Source: Marsupella aquatica
Lineage: Eukaryota > Plantae > Marchantiophyta
Length of the DNA stretch: 64,000 nt
Reading direction: 5' to 3'
NCBI GenBank assembly: GCA_973895155.1
Contig: OZ316892.1
Location: 31,117,802-31,181,801 of the forward strand
Shown: positions 49,808 to 63,469 of the stretch, in pieces
Position numbering within the stretch: position 1 is the stretch's first letter
Layout of the letters: each line of letters starts with the position of its first letter
Made by a program: the position numbers and the translations under genes
The notes under the pieces: model-generated
What the model saw: only the letters and a program-made list of their open reading frames with translations
What the model was told of the DNA's origin: nothing
Database searches by the model: none

Positions 49808-50050
49808 CTTGTTTAAGTAAGCAATGTTGACAATCGGGTCGAGAAGGTACTGGAGGAATGCATCCAATGTGAAGGAGTGCTTTGCTTTCATCAATATCGT
49901 ATTCTAGTGAGCCATCTGCTCATTGATGATCTTCTCGGCATCACCCAACCTCGGTTTCACCTTGCTCTGCGTTCAGAAACTCTTTAAACTTTGCCGGGAC
50001 AATGACATCATTCTCTGCATACTTGTGCATGCGATCAAATCGCCTCTTTG
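49808..50050 (-). pseudogene. Fragment resembling the N-terminal EF-hand-like region of plant PI-specific phospholipase C
   Basis: HKYAENDVIVPAKFKEFLNAEQGETEV/DAEKIINEQM...FTLDAFLQYLLDPIVN followed by a GTGAG donor. Frameshift and stop present; no catalytic exons recognised. Confidence 0.45.
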
Positions 50051-51765
50051 GTAATTAAACCATTGTCCATCAATCTCTCCTCCTATACAAGCTCGGAGTA
50101 TCCATCTCTATATATCCTGCCCACAGGACTCTAGGGGGAGGCACAACATAATCACAACAAAAACTTTTCTCTTTTGCACGAATGAAGCACCGAAAATAGT
50201 GTTTAGAAGCGAAAAGAAATTATGCACTTAACACAGGCCTGAATATCAGATTTGCACGGGAGGTCAAGTGTATTATCTAGCTGGGACTATTTTCGCACCT
50301 TTCTCCCATAAAACAACGCGCAATATATATATTCCAACACATTCGCAGTGCCAAATTAATGATCCCATGTTTGCACCCTGAGTTAATAAAGTGCAAAATA
50401 ATTGAGAGATGCAATAGCTAATTACCGATCAGATCTAACTATATATGGAGAGAAGATACATTCGAAATAGAGAAGGGAGAACACCACAAGGATCTGTTGG
50501 CAGCAGCAGTCGATACAAAGTCGATCTAACCAGACGAGTGACAAGTACACATGTTAGAGACTCCTCGATGAAGCTCAAACGACAAGACTGGTAACAAGCC
50601 CAGTTGAAAAACTCAAGCTGCGATAGTCCAACGAGAAGCAAAACGATGAAGAAATGAAGGCGGGACCCCACGAGCCAGAGAATGCAACCCTAAACCCAAT
50701 ATGCCGCTTCACTAATTCGCTCAACCTTCAAACACACGGATCCCTGTGGCCCTGCAAAACATAGGACCCATGTGCTCACTAACAAGTGGGTCCGCAAAGG
50801 TATTGAAAATGAAAAAACCAAACATCTCACAAGAAAGAATGACGACATCGGCCGTGGGGACTAGAGAGCGAGAGATGACAGCAGCATCCCGGTTTGTTCG
50901 TTTGCAACTCGACACAATATGCAAAAGTGAGTTGTTCGCAAGATGTGGGCACCGTTGACGTGACTCGGTCATGTTGCAGTGTTGCGCGTTCCAAAGTCTT
51001 CTACCGGACAGGTTTCATCATTCGGAGAATCTCAACGCCTACTTTGGACTGATTGACTGGAGAAGTGGAGATCCTAGTGGACGAAATATTTGCACTGCTG
51101 TAATCCTTGTATTCTCAAAACAGTGATGTCGTCAATGTATTTTGTTTTGAGGGGGATTTTCATGTCATTGCGGCGGACGAGCGTTTGGTGTGTACTTAGA
51201 GTAAAGAAACCTTATGCCAGGCGGGGCTGTTCAGTGGTGATTGAGCTCCCGCGTCGACATGCATTCTATCTCTCAAGTGCTGCCGGTGGTCTGTTGCCCC
51301 CCAATGATCTGCGAAAGGCGATGAGACTCTGAGCATCGCTTGCTTGAGTCTACAGGAATGAATGGTTTGCTTAAGAGGTCACGTGTAAAGTCAATACTGT
51401 GCTGAGCTTTGGAAAATTCGGCGGAGTAGTTAGGGATCGCGATGCTGTTGGGTCACTAAGAGTAGATGCTGTCGGAGTAATGTTGTAGCAAGCCAATGTG
51501 ATTAGAACAGCCATGTCAGCAGCTTTGGACACTGGGCCAAAGGGAAAAGACTGACATAATACTAAAGCTGATTTGATCCACCTGGCTGCTCAGTCGGCTA
51601 CAAAGTGCACATTCATTCAAGCTGCAATTCGGAAGTGCGGGGGCAAGGAGGAAAAGGGGCTACAGCTGTACACAGCCTAGGGATCAAATGGGCGATGGGG
51701 ACAGTTCGATAAACAACTGGGACGAGCAGATGCTACGGGGCGGGACCCAGAGGTCAGACTTCCCA

Positions 51766-51878
51766 TCTGGGACAAAGCATGCTCAGATAAGCTTGGAATC
51801 AAGCCTCAGTATGTAGCCGCTCTGGGACAAAGCATGCTCAGATAAGATTGGAATCAAGCCTCAGTATGTAGCCGCTCT
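51766..51878 (+). repeat. ~55-bp tandem duplication
   Basis: TCTGGGACAAAGCATGCTCAGATAAG...GTAGCCGC twice. Confidence 0.9.
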
Positions 51879-53736
51879 GTCAGGTTTATTGGGGCCTGAT
51901 AAAGCTTGATTCACACTAGGACTGCCACTACGTAAGTTAGCACTCTGGACAGTAGCTCTGGGAACAAGGAGCTGTGCTTGGCTGGAGCACCAGAGAGATT
52001 GTGATGCCATCGGCTATCTCTAGGTGAGAAACAATCACGTCCTGCCATAAATGTCCCCTCGGGAAAAGAAAGGGCAACTTTCAGTACTATGGTTCTGTAC
52101 TAGGACCCGCTACAAATTTACAAAAATAGTTGACCTCCGCTGATCATTATTCCACTTTTGATGGGCTGATACAAACCACCGTCGTTGAATTGGCCTCCAA
52201 ACAGGACCTACAACGTTGTTTTGTCATCACTGCTACATCGCGATCGGCCTTCACTAGATATCCCTTCCAATTTGTTCTAGATGCTAAATAATTAATCATC
52301 GACACTGAGTTTTGCCGACGATTAGGAGTAGATAATGTACGGCAGATGCTCAAACTCGCTCGGAAGTTTGCAGCAACTAAATTTGAAGAGGAAGCCAAGA
52401 AGCTCTTCAGGGAACACTTTGACATCCTGAAGACTAATGTGTTTGATGTTTTGGAAGGACTTCATTATGATTCGGAAGGCTCACATGATGGTGAAGTCGT
52501 TTCAGGTCAAAAATCATTTGTGGATCTTTGTCAACTCATTCATTCACAATCCGTCATTCGACTCTCAAACCAGAGAGACCTTGACATCTCGTCAGGGCAG
52601 CTTCGGGTCAAAATGCGAACTATTTAGCGTACATCAGTACGAGAGCAGACCCTACACGCACGGATGATTCAAAGCCGACCTGTCGAACATGCTCATGAAT
52701 TTATTTTCCGCATGTTAGAGCTAATGGGCTGCCACATGCATTCAGGATGCTCAGATACGTGATCTCATTTGGCTTCACGCCTTCTTGGCGCATTAGATTG
52801 AAAATGTCGAGTGCAGATTGAACATGATCACTCCTAGCGTATCCCGCAATCATGCTGGTCCAAGTAATAACACTCTTGTTCTGAATTTGATAGCAGTAGC
52901 GGTATCTTCTCCAGGATCAAATTCCTCCTGCTGGACTCGTTTACGAATCATCCCAGCTTTGCCATCAAAACTTGAGAATCAAAACTACAAGTTCTGAGAA
53001 GAAAAAGTATGAGAAGATCTTCCATCCAAACCCCAAAGCAACCCACCGTCATACCCGCACATTGCCCTCTGAAAAACTATGGCGCGAGTGCTCTTGTTTA
53101 TCGCCCTCCAAGAAAGAACCCTTTGCAACTGAAGTGTCGTGCATACAAAACGAAGAATTGACGACAAGTGGCAACAAGCAAGTAACGAGCAAGTGGCAAC
53201 AAAATTGATGTAGATTGTGACGGGAAATAAAAGGAGCTCAGGCAGCAGGAGACGTCATGCAAGAAATGAGCAGGACTTGAACCAGGATGGACAGTATCCC
53301 GGGCTGAAAAAGAGATTCTGTCCCGCTTCCTTGGGCGCTCAGAGGTGAGAAGTATAGTTGCCCAGCAATGTAAGGTCGAAACGCAGAAGAACATCCAGTA
53401 TACGTATATAGGTAGGGCCCTTACTAGGAATTGTGTGCCCAAAGGACTTGACGAGAGGCCGTGTAAAAGTGGTAACGCGAACCTAACAGGGATGACCGGA
53501 TTCGTGAGCATGTAGCTACGCAAAGCTCGATACCAAGTCCCCGAGAAGCAACTATAGCAATTGAGCAATCCGAAGCCAGTACGACAAGTAATTCTTAGCA
53601 GATTGTGAATTCTACAAGGATTGTGAGCTTGCGAGGATAGGCACCGGGATGTCCTTAGATCATGTAGAGATGTTGGTGGCCATCAAACCTCCGTGTCTGG
53701 CGCAGAGGTTGTCGTCGTCCAGGGGACGCTGGCGCG

Positions 53737-56700
53737 ATGTATGTGAAGGAGATAACCTTGGACGGATTCAAGTCGTACGCTCAAAGGACTGTGGTTTCCG
53801 GCTTTGATCAGCAATTCAACGCAATAACAGGGCTGAATGGATCAGGGAAGTCGAACATCTTGGACTCTATTTGCTTCGTGCTGGGAATTACGAATTTGCA
53901 GCAAGTTAGGGCAAGCAACTTGCAAGAGCTGGTTTACAAGCAAGGGCAGGCGGGAATTACAAAAGCAACAGTTTCAATTCTGTTTGACAATTCGAACCGT
54001 AAGCGAAGTCCTATCGGCTATGAAGACTCGAGTGAGATTACTGTCACTCGCCAGGTAAGTTTACCCCTCACGAATTTATCTGAACTTCATTTCATTCAAT
54101 TTCCGATATTAAGTTGGCCCTCTTGCCGAGACACCCGTCTCTGTTGGCCTGGAAACAGTCAGTCTTTTCTTCCGATGCTCCCCACACCTCGTGAATAAAT
54201 ATTTTGATGATCAATAGCCAAGAGAGATACCGGATCCAATGAGTGGCAGACAGAACATGAGAACATTTCGATTCGCACAGTATTCCATGGTCAGGCATTG
54301 TCTGATTATATGGTCTTTTGTCATACTGTAGATTATCGTTGGTGGACGGAACAAGTACTGGATAAATGGCCACGTAAGGCAGCCCACCCAGGTCCAAAAT
54401 CTCTTCCACTCCGTACAGCTGAATATCAACAATCCTCACTTTCTCATCATGCAAGGTCGTATCACGAAAGTACTCAACATGAAGCCGCCTGAGATTCTGT
54501 CAATGCTAGAAGAGGCAGCTGGAACTAAGACGTACGAGTCGAAAAAAGAGAACGCTCTCAAGACTCTGGAAAAAAAGCAGGCGAAATTAAGTGGATGAAA
54601 TTGACAACCTTTTGAGTCAAAACATCCTTCCAGCTCTCGAGAAGCTATGGAAAGAACGAGCGCAGTACCAGCAGTGGACTTCCGGCAATGCAGTGGTGGA
54701 TCGTCTCGACAGATTCTGCATTGCTTTCGATTTTTCGGAGGCTGGAGGTTGAAGGAAGCTTCTTCGGGTGAGGAGGCCAAAATGCAAGACAAGGTTGAGG
54801 CTATTAAATTATCTGCCGTCGGTAAGATTAGAGGAAGAAATAGCCCAGAACGAGGCTTCTGTTGCTGCATTGACTGAGGCCAAAGAGAAGCAGATGAATA
54901 GTGACATGAGAAGTTTGTCTGATGCGGTGGATAAGCTCTTGTGAAGGTCGACTCTGCTGTCAATGCAAAACAAGAGTCTTTTGACGTCGAGAAAGCTACC
55001 GCTGAGCAGGTATGCAACCAATCTCAGACGCCAAACTGTAAAGCAGGCAGGTTTTGGTACATGAGCCGTATCATGGGAGGTACCCCTGTTTACTCACCTC
55101 AATTTGCTGGCTGTTATCTATCAGCTGCAAAGAAATGTAAAGGATTTGGATGGTGTCATCGCCGCCAAAACTGCTGCTGAACTTCAAGCTGAGGAAGAAT
55201 TTTCAGGTCTGAAAGAGAAAGTGGAGCAGCAGGCAAAGACATTGGAAGACCTTGAACGAGATTATCAGGTAGTTATTTGAACTCTGAGGATGCAAACAGG
55301 AATTGAGCCAACACTGATAAAACTGGTAATAATCTGCTATCGATGCTGACTTTAGCATGTTCATAGCAATATGTTTTTGTCTAAGAACAGTACACCAGCT
55401 GAAGGGTTTACTTTGAAGATTCAAATTTCGTCCATTCAGCAGAGTCCAGGTGAAAAGTCAGTGGCTCGTCGAAATTCGTTTGGTTCAGGGGATTCAAGCA
55501 GGGAAGGCTAGTGGGGCTGAACAAAAGAGTCTGGCAGACCAGCGAGATGATGCAAATGCTGCGGTAGGGAAAGCTCCGACTGAGGTGCAGCAGAGCAAAA
55601 CAAAGATCAAACATCTCGACAAAGAGCTGAAAGCGAAATAGCAGCATTTCAATTCCAAGCAACACGAAGTAGCTGCTGCACAGGAGGAGCTGCGCTCACG
55701 TAAGGCGGAATTGGAGAAGCTGCAAGATGCCATAAATAAACTAGGATTCGAAGAGGACCGAATGAATTCCCTGGAACAGGTTCTCCCACAGTTGTGAACT
55801 CCCATTGTTTTGATTAGGACCTGTTCTTAGGTGTGCGGGGAATGTAGTGGCCCAATTGTATGACCTTGCGCATGTTTCTGCTGTGAATTTCTGGCTTCTA
55901 GCATGTCTACAAGGGTTAAGTGTAGGTGCAGTTCTCGTCTGCTGGGCGTGGAAATCTGCTCTTAATTATGTTGTATTCTATGTCCTTCGTCAACCTGTTG
56001 TTTTGCCCTTATCTGAACACGGTGCAATAACAAGTCACGAATTGGAATTGCAGTCATTCTCAGCTTTAATGAAGGCTGCTGTTCTCTTGGACGATTCTCG
56101 ACAACCTAACAAACATTGACGTGAACATTGCACTCCAGAGCCGGAGAACCGAGGCTGAAACGGTAAAGGGACTCAAGACAACTTAGGTTAGCAATCTTAC
56201 GGGGGAACTTTCGGGCCTTCAATTCTCATACAATGACCCTGAGAGGGGATTCGAGAAGTCACGGGTTAAAGGACCAGTACCACGCCTTGTGCAGGTGAAT
56301 GATGCCTCTACTATGACTGCCCTTGAGGTGTGTGATCCCCAACTCCCATGTTTGTTGTTGAATTCATATTGTATTTCTTTGTATGAAACTGCTATGGTGT
56401 GGCTTCACATTTTAACTTTGAGACACTATCAGGAGCCTGAAATGGTAGTACAAATCTTGCGAACAGGTTATTACAGGAAGTAAATTTTATAATATTGTAG
56501 TGGACACTGAGCAAACTGCTAAACTGCTCCTAGAGAAAGGTGGGCTGCGCCGAAGGATTACCATCATTCCTCTCAACAAGATTCAAGCCAACCCCATCTC
56601 TTCGAGAACTCAGGCGGCAGCGGCCAAGCTGGTATGATTTATTTTCTGACGTATGTTCTCGCTAAAGAAAGGTTCCCATCTTGCATCGCTTTCAGTGCTC

Positions 56701-59480
56701 TCTTCTTAGATTGGAAAGATTTATTCGAATCGTAATAGTTATTTATCTTCAGCAGATGCCGGAATTCATGGTTGGTTGTGTGAGATATAAAGGGGTTGAG
56801 AAAATGATCTTTAGGTGGGAACTGCAAACTATTCGTATCCTCAGAATGAATGCTTCACTCTTTTGTTTGATTCTTTCGAAGGGGTGCTACGTTTGAAGAT
56901 GGTCCCTGACAATGTTGCATTGCAAATGTCTTGTTCCTTAAATTTAGCCGCTGGATCTTTCACATATTGAGCAATCAGATCTGGTGTGTGTGACTCAGTG
57001 CTTCGCTTAGTCCAACTCGAAATTTCGCTATGATGGCCTTAAGATGTACAGTCTGAGCAGCTTTTGTCTCGTACAGGTACGGTGGGTCCTGCCAGGGCAA
57101 AACCAGCACTGTCCCTCGTTGGCTACCCTGACGAGCTTCAAGTAAGTTAAATGTAGCTTCCTGTCGTATTTAGAGATCAGCTTCTCCTGCTTTAGCGTAT
57201 GCAAATATAGTTAGTCTCCAAGTAGACGATTCAAAGGTACTACGTATTAACAATTCTATTGACGTCTGTCTAACGTTTGGAGTAAAGAACATTCTGATAT
57301 AGTGATGTCATAATGCAGGCGGCTATGGCTTTCGTTTTCGGTGGAGCGTTTGTCTGTAATGATACTGAAACGGCCAAACAGGTGAATTTCAGCAATTGCA
57401 TATTATTTTGAAATTGTAGATCCTTATGATAAAGTTGACCCTTTTCATTAGTGCAGACTTCTTGAATACTAAAACCCCTACCAGTAGTTGACTTTATATT
57501 CATGCTAGCCTTGGAGTAAAATGATTATATTCGAAGTAAACTCAGCAGATTTTCGCTCAAGTATCGGCTGGTGTAGGTGGCTTTCCCACAAGGACGTCAA
57601 TACTAAGTGGGTGACCCTGCAGGGGGATGTTTTTGAACCTCGTGGTCTTCTTACCGGTGGTTCGCGCAGGTCCGTTTCTGAGCTAATTCACTTTGTACGA
57701 ACGTCCGAGTTGTGGAATGGAGCTATTGTTGCGATCAGCTCATCCGAAGTAAAGAAATTGAGCTATACAGGTTTCAAACGCTGGGCAGATTTTCCTCATG
57801 CGTACCGTCTCTGCTTAGAGTAACATAGAAGCATAGTGTCGCTGTAAGTCTAGATGTCCTGTAGAAGTCGCAGTGCAAGTATTTCATTTAATGTTTCCTT
57901 CCAGGAATGGTGGGGAACTCCTGATGCAACTTCATGCACTAGCAGAGGCGGAGGGCAGCTTGGCAGAGCATGTTCAGGCACTTTCAAAGATCGAGAAAGA
58001 GGTAAGGCTTTTATGTTTGATTTGGACATGACGTCGAGTTTATACATGACGCAGTAGAACTATGTGCAACAGGATCTGTTTATACCAGGTCCATCCCCGT
58101 TGAGACTGGGTTCTTATAGCTACATCTGGTGGTCGTGAAGATTTTTGATCCAATGTACGACGACCTCCAGTTGTCCTTAATTTGTACATGCGAATGCTGC
58201 AGATTGAGAAGTTGGCACCCATGCAGAAGAAATATGCCCACTTAAAGTCACAATTGGAACTGAAGTCATATGATCTCTCTCTGTATGAAACCAGGGCTGA
58301 GTAGAGCGAACATCACAAGGTTTGTTGCAATTTCTCGGTTCCAAACATGTTTCATCAGTGACAATTCAACGTGTCTGAGAATCACTTTGTTGTGAGGAAA
58401 ATGAGGGAGGATGTCCTTCTTAGGTTTTTACGGTCTACTGTCTTGGCATCAGAGCTTTGACAGTATAAGCGACTTCAGCCCCTCGTGTATGGCTACCCGT
58501 ACGAGTTAGATATACTGCTGGGCTTAAGTTTACGAGCGCAAATTGTTGTTTCAATAGTAGCGCTCTTTCTCATGTTTACAGTCAAGATTCTTGGGATTTT
58601 CGAAGAGTGCAGTCGTCGTGAGTAGCAAAGTGTTTAGTCGGGTCCTTGTTAGCTTGACATCAAATACCTGCGCGATGTCAGCTAAGTGAGTCGATCTGAA
58701 CAATGGAGGCCGAGCTGGACGCAGAAAAGAAGGACCTAGCCAACAAGGAGAACCATCACAATGAATGCATAAAGAAAGCCTCCGACCTGGAGCGAGCAAT
58801 TAACGAGCGTGGTCGGGACCGAGAAACTCGATTGAAAGACGTAGAGAAGAGTATCAAATCCATGAAATTGTAAAGACAATTCGAATCTTGATTCTATGAA
58901 TGAATGCTTAAGGGAAACGGGGGTCCCACATATATACCCGCTGAGTGACAATCGATCAAGATACATCAAAGGGTAGAAGACAAAGACCTAAAGATCTACG
59001 GTAAAGGCTAATAGCGTACATACTACGAACTAGTGAATCATCACAATAGACACCCGGATAATAAGGTGTGATATCCGGGGAGTGGACTCAGATACATGTC
59101 TGGTACAATCATGTATTAACACTTAGAAGCGCATGATACTTTGCACAATTAACAAAAAGGAAATGACAGCTGCATCGAAGGATCTTAAGGTACTTCAAAG
59201 TCACTTCTATCCCTTTGCTAAGTTTATATCGGACTGTTCGGAGTTCATGCTAATCAAATTATTGAGAAATGATTCGTTTCCAGCTGGCTAGGATGTCTCT
59301 TAAACAAATCTGTTAACTGGTTCTCTTCACAGGAACAAGAAGGAGCAAGAGAGAGGCTGCTCATGGAGAGGGAAGCTGCAGGGCACGAGAAAATGGTTCT
59401 CGAGGGGCAAGTAGTTACAGCGCTTGCACAGTTAAAGTTAAAGAATATGGAAGCACATCTTGGTCAACTAGAGAGTGAGG
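53737..59480 (+). pseudogene. SMC2: Condensin subunit SMC2, intron-containing pseudogene lacking the C-terminal half
   Basis: [20 protein letters not shown]...[23 protein letters not shown] (Walker A), [33 protein letters not shown], hinge VTLQGDVFEPRGLLTGGSR. Frameshift at ~54590 and in-frame TAGs at ~55639, ~56185 and ~58302. No signature or Walker B exon seen. Confidence 0.93.
58869..59154. mobile_element. 286-bp insertion in an SMC2 exon, possibly a solo LTR
   Basis: TGTAA...TTAACA termini interrupt IKSMK|KEMTAASKDLK. No clean TSD. Confidence 0.45.
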
Positions 59481-61085
59481 TAACTTAGGTGTTTCAGTGC
59501 TTTCGCTGTAGGTTCGTTGAATCTTGGCGTTAAGATGTGGTGAGCAATTTTGCTAGTAATAGCAGTCCTGAAATAGCACCAGGAACAAGGGTTTTCTGTG
59601 GTGCTTGTGAATATACATTATCGTAGACTTTATGGCGGGCTCAAGTCTGCTGATATATTGTAATTTTACAATTTATTTTTTCACAAGTTTGATGTTTAGT
59701 TTGTTTATTACAGATTTAAGGTTTAGTACATCTCTAAATAAGGTTTTTCTTGCACATATAATGGATTCTAATCATTCTGAACATTTGTAATTGCAGCTTG
59801 AGTTGGCTATGGAGGGCAGAGTGATGGAGGCATCACAAATGCATCTCCATCACAAGTGCATGAGTAAGATGGAGGAGAAAGTAAAAGGATAGAGAAGGGA
59901 CATCAATAGGATTGGGATTGTGATTTAGGGTGAGATTTAGGATAATGAGTCTTGTCCTAATTGAATGTGAGTATTGAGTAATAGCAGACTATTATAGTGG
60001 CTATATGAAGAGACTCAATGTAGTTAGAGGGATGAGTTGACCCTCTTGCATCATGTACTCTTTATTGTCTTTGTCTTTAAAATGAAATGTTACATATATG
60101 ACATATTCCTCCTCTTTGTAAAGGTCTTTCGAAAGTGATTCATATGTCAATTGTAGTACTACCCCTAACCTAAATGTGATGTAGAATTGTATACTCAATA
60201 ACATTGAAATAATGTTGGATTTTAGTATGGTATACTATATTGAAATGACAAACTAATTCCATTAGATCAGTTCAATATGGAATATAGGACTATGTATTGG
60301 TGTAAAGATAAATGAAAGATGTTGAAACATTGATATAAAATGTCAAGTCGTACCCTCAAATAAATTATCCATAAACCTTAGAGATTATGCAAAGAAGATA
60401 AGGAAAACCAGTGATATATGAGTGTCCAAAATATAATGTACAGATAATAAGTACCAATGACCCATGACATGTTAATGAAAATAAAGGTATTTATCATTGT
60501 CTTATCAACATTAGATACCTATCATTATATTGATGAAGAAGAGATGCTGGTTTATTGATGTATTGTCAATGAAATTCTATTTGATCCCTGATGTTTGGAC
60601 GGTTGAAACTACATTGTTATACTACATTGACCACATATTGATCTGTCAATGAAAGTCTATTAATTGAAGAATGGTTTTTATTACCAAATGTATTGAAAAT
60701 ACATTGTTACACTGTCCATACAATATTGACCAAACATTGATCTAACAATGAAAATATAATGATCCAACAATGTATTTCATTGTAGAATCATGCAAGAATA
60801 AACGTGGAATAACTTGACAATGAATCATCACGATGAGCCCAATGATTTGTTAATGTAATATTTTGTGAAAATTACAAAGCAATGAATCATTGTGGCACCC
60901 ACAAATATCTAGTAATGCCAGGTCAACATGATAACATTTATGATTTTACAGTGTATTCTTATCGCACCCTTCGTGAGTTTATAAATCATTGTTTAATTGC
61001 AAAATAATAGGAACCCTAATTTCCTGATGTACATTCACAGTTGACGAGTCTTGGATTATTTGAGGAGCAGATTGATTGCAGGAGG

Positions 61086-61382
61086 CTCGGGGGTCTCACT
61101 ATATGGGGACCTCCCCATCGCCTGCGACGTTTTTAGGCCTCGGACCCCCTAAAATGTAAGAAATTTTTTTTATTTTTTAACCACTATAAAGTTGGAATAT
61201 TCTTGAAATATTCTAAAAATTGGATTAAAAAGACCCTAATGTTCTTATAAGTCTCAAAATTGAATTTAAAAGACCCTAGTGTTCTTCTACAAAAATTCTT
61301 AAGTCTTCCCTTAGAACCAATAAAATGACCCTATCCTTCGTCGCACGTGATATGCCATTTTTGTGGAAGTGAGACCCCCGAG
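61086..61382. mobile_element. 297-bp MITE with perfect 15-bp TIRs and an 8-bp TSD
   Basis: TIR CTCGGGGGTCTCACT / AGTGAGACCCCCGAG; TSD GCAGGAGG at 61078-61085 and 61383-61390. Confidence 0.92.
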
Positions 61383-61904
61383 GCAGGAGGGCGATATCCC
61401 CATGGCAACCCCATCGAAAAAGTTAATGGGGAAAGCTGTATGAAGCAAGTGAAAGACCCCTGACGGGTGGAATTGAAGATGCTTTTCCAGCTTGTCAATT
61501 AAAAAGCAAGGACCTGATCCGTGAGAACTTGAAGCCAGGATGGACCTTCAAGTATGCTGAAATGCTGATGTAGATTTGAGCAACCCGGATGGACCTTGCC
61601 AAACGTATTATTTGACACGGATGACACTCTCTACATTTCAGTCCTAAAACTGACCTGTTACGGGTTGTAGAGGGTGGTCATTGTTGGGAAGCTCATCAGT
61701 TTGTCACTGTTCATGAGCGGGAGGGTGGTCATTGTTGAGAACCTCATCAGTTTGTCACTGATCATGAGCTGGTCAGCTGCAAGCTTATGCCATGATAGTT
61801 TTAAAAAAAACAGCATTTTACTAACCTGTCCCCTAAACTACCCAATACTATGAACTTGTTTCCCATTTTGTATTTGGGTTAATATTAACTCTTGTATGGG
61901 TTAT

Positions 61905-61930
61905 AACCCTAAACCCTAAACCCTAAACCC
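61905..61930 (-). repeat. Inverted telomeric tract (CCCTAAA)3+
   Basis: AACCCTAAACCCTAAACCCTAAACCC. Confidence 0.9.
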
Positions 61931-62548
61931 TGTATATATCTTCCTCTCACTCTGCGTGCAATGAGCCCGGTCTTCAGGCCATTTCAAGGTATTTAGGGAG
62001 CCTGTACAATGTCATATCTTCTCTGCACAGCGCGTGCAATGAGGCCGGTCTTCAGGCCTGTATATATCTTCTCTCCACAGCGCATGCAATAAGGCCTGTA
62101 CATATCTTCTTTGCACAGCGCGTGCAATGAGACCGGTCTTCAGGCCATTTCAGGGTATTTTTTATATATACATTTTCGTGCAGCCCAGTGATCGCAATGC
62201 CCGGTCTTTGCGGTCTTTTTCGTGGTCTTTTTGCCACGAGTGCCCGAAAAAGACCGTCCTGCCATGAAAATACAAAGGAACCAACATTACAAAGCAAGTC
62301 GATCTCTACACAGCACGTGCAATGAGGCCGGTCTTCAGGCCATTTCAGGGTATTTAGGGAGCGCGGTGCATGGTCTCCTACATGCAGTGCACGGTCTCAA
62401 CGTTTCAACATTTGGACTCCCCACAACATTATTGTTCAAACCTGTATATATCTTCTCTGCACAGCGCGTGCAATGAGGCCCGTCTTCAGGCCATTTCAGG
62501 GTATTTAGGGAGCGCGGAGCATGGTCTCCTACATGCTGTGCACGGTCG
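61931..62548 (+). repeat. Telomere-associated repeat, several full and partial copies
   Basis: Recurring CTCTGCACAGCGCGTGCAATGAGGCCGGTCTTCAGGCC(ATTTCAGGGTATTTAGGG). Confidence 0.9.
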
Positions 62549-62549
62549 A

Positions 62550-63469
62550 GGGAGTTGTGTGTTGGGGTTGGGATGGGGAGGTTGAGAGGAGTGTTTTGGG
62601 GGGTGGGGGGTTGAGGGAGTTGTGTGTTGGAGTTGGGTTGGGGAGGTTGAAAGTGTGGGGGGTTGAGGGAGTTGTGGGGTTGGGATGGGGAGGTTGAGAG
62701 GAGTGTTTTGGGAGAGGTGTGTGTTGAGTTGGGATTAGGAGGTTGAGAGTGTGGGGTGTTTAGGGAGTTGTGTGTTGGGGTTGAGATGGGGAGGTTGAGA
62801 GGAGTGTTTTGGGGGGTGGGGGGTTGAGGGAGTTGTGTGTTGGAGTTGGGTTGGGGAGGTTGAAAGTGTGGGGGGTTGAGGGAGTTGTGGGGTTGGGATG
62901 GGGAGGTTGAGAGGAGTGTTTTGGGAGAGGTGTGTGTTGAGTTGGGATTAGGAGGTTGAGAGTGTGGGGTGTTTAGGGAGTTGTGTGTTGGGGTTGAGAT
63001 GGGGAGGTTGAGAGGAGTGTTTTGGGGGGTGGGGGGTTGAGGGAGTTGTGTGTTGGAGTTGGGTTGGGGAGGTTGAAAGTGTGGGGGGTTGAGGGAGTTG
63101 TGGGGTTGGGATGGGGAGGTTGAGAGGAGTGTTTTGGGAGAGGTGTGTGTTGAGTTGGGATTAGGAGGTTGAGAGTGTGGGGTGTTTAGGGAGTTGTGTG
63201 TTGGGGTTGAGATGGGGAGGTTGAGAGGAGTGTTTTGGGGGGTGGGGGGTTGAGGGAGTTGTGTGTTGGAGTTGGGTTGGGGAGGTTGAAAGTGTGGGGG
63301 GTTGAGGGAGTTGTGGGGTTGGGATGGGGAGGTTGAGAGGAGTGTTTTGGGGGAGGTGTGTGTTGAGTTGGGTTTAGAAGGTTGAGAGTGTGGGGGGTTG
63401 GGGAGGTGTGTGTTGAGTTGGGTTTAGGAGGTTGAGAGTGTGGGGGGTTGAGGGAGTTGTGTGTTGGGG
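62550..63469 (+). repeat. G-rich, C-free telomere-adjacent satellite, 213-bp unit x~4
   Basis: Units start at about 62550, 62763, 62976 and 63189. Confidence 0.93.

Noticed and set aside
51400-52800. Possible retroelement or gene remnant, including ORF 52346-52627
   Set aside because: No diagnostic motif could be read, so no call is supportable.
53737-54198. Functional 153-aa SMC2 mini-protein
   Set aside because: The ORF reads through the GTAAGT donor at ~54055 into an intron, and later exons carry stops.
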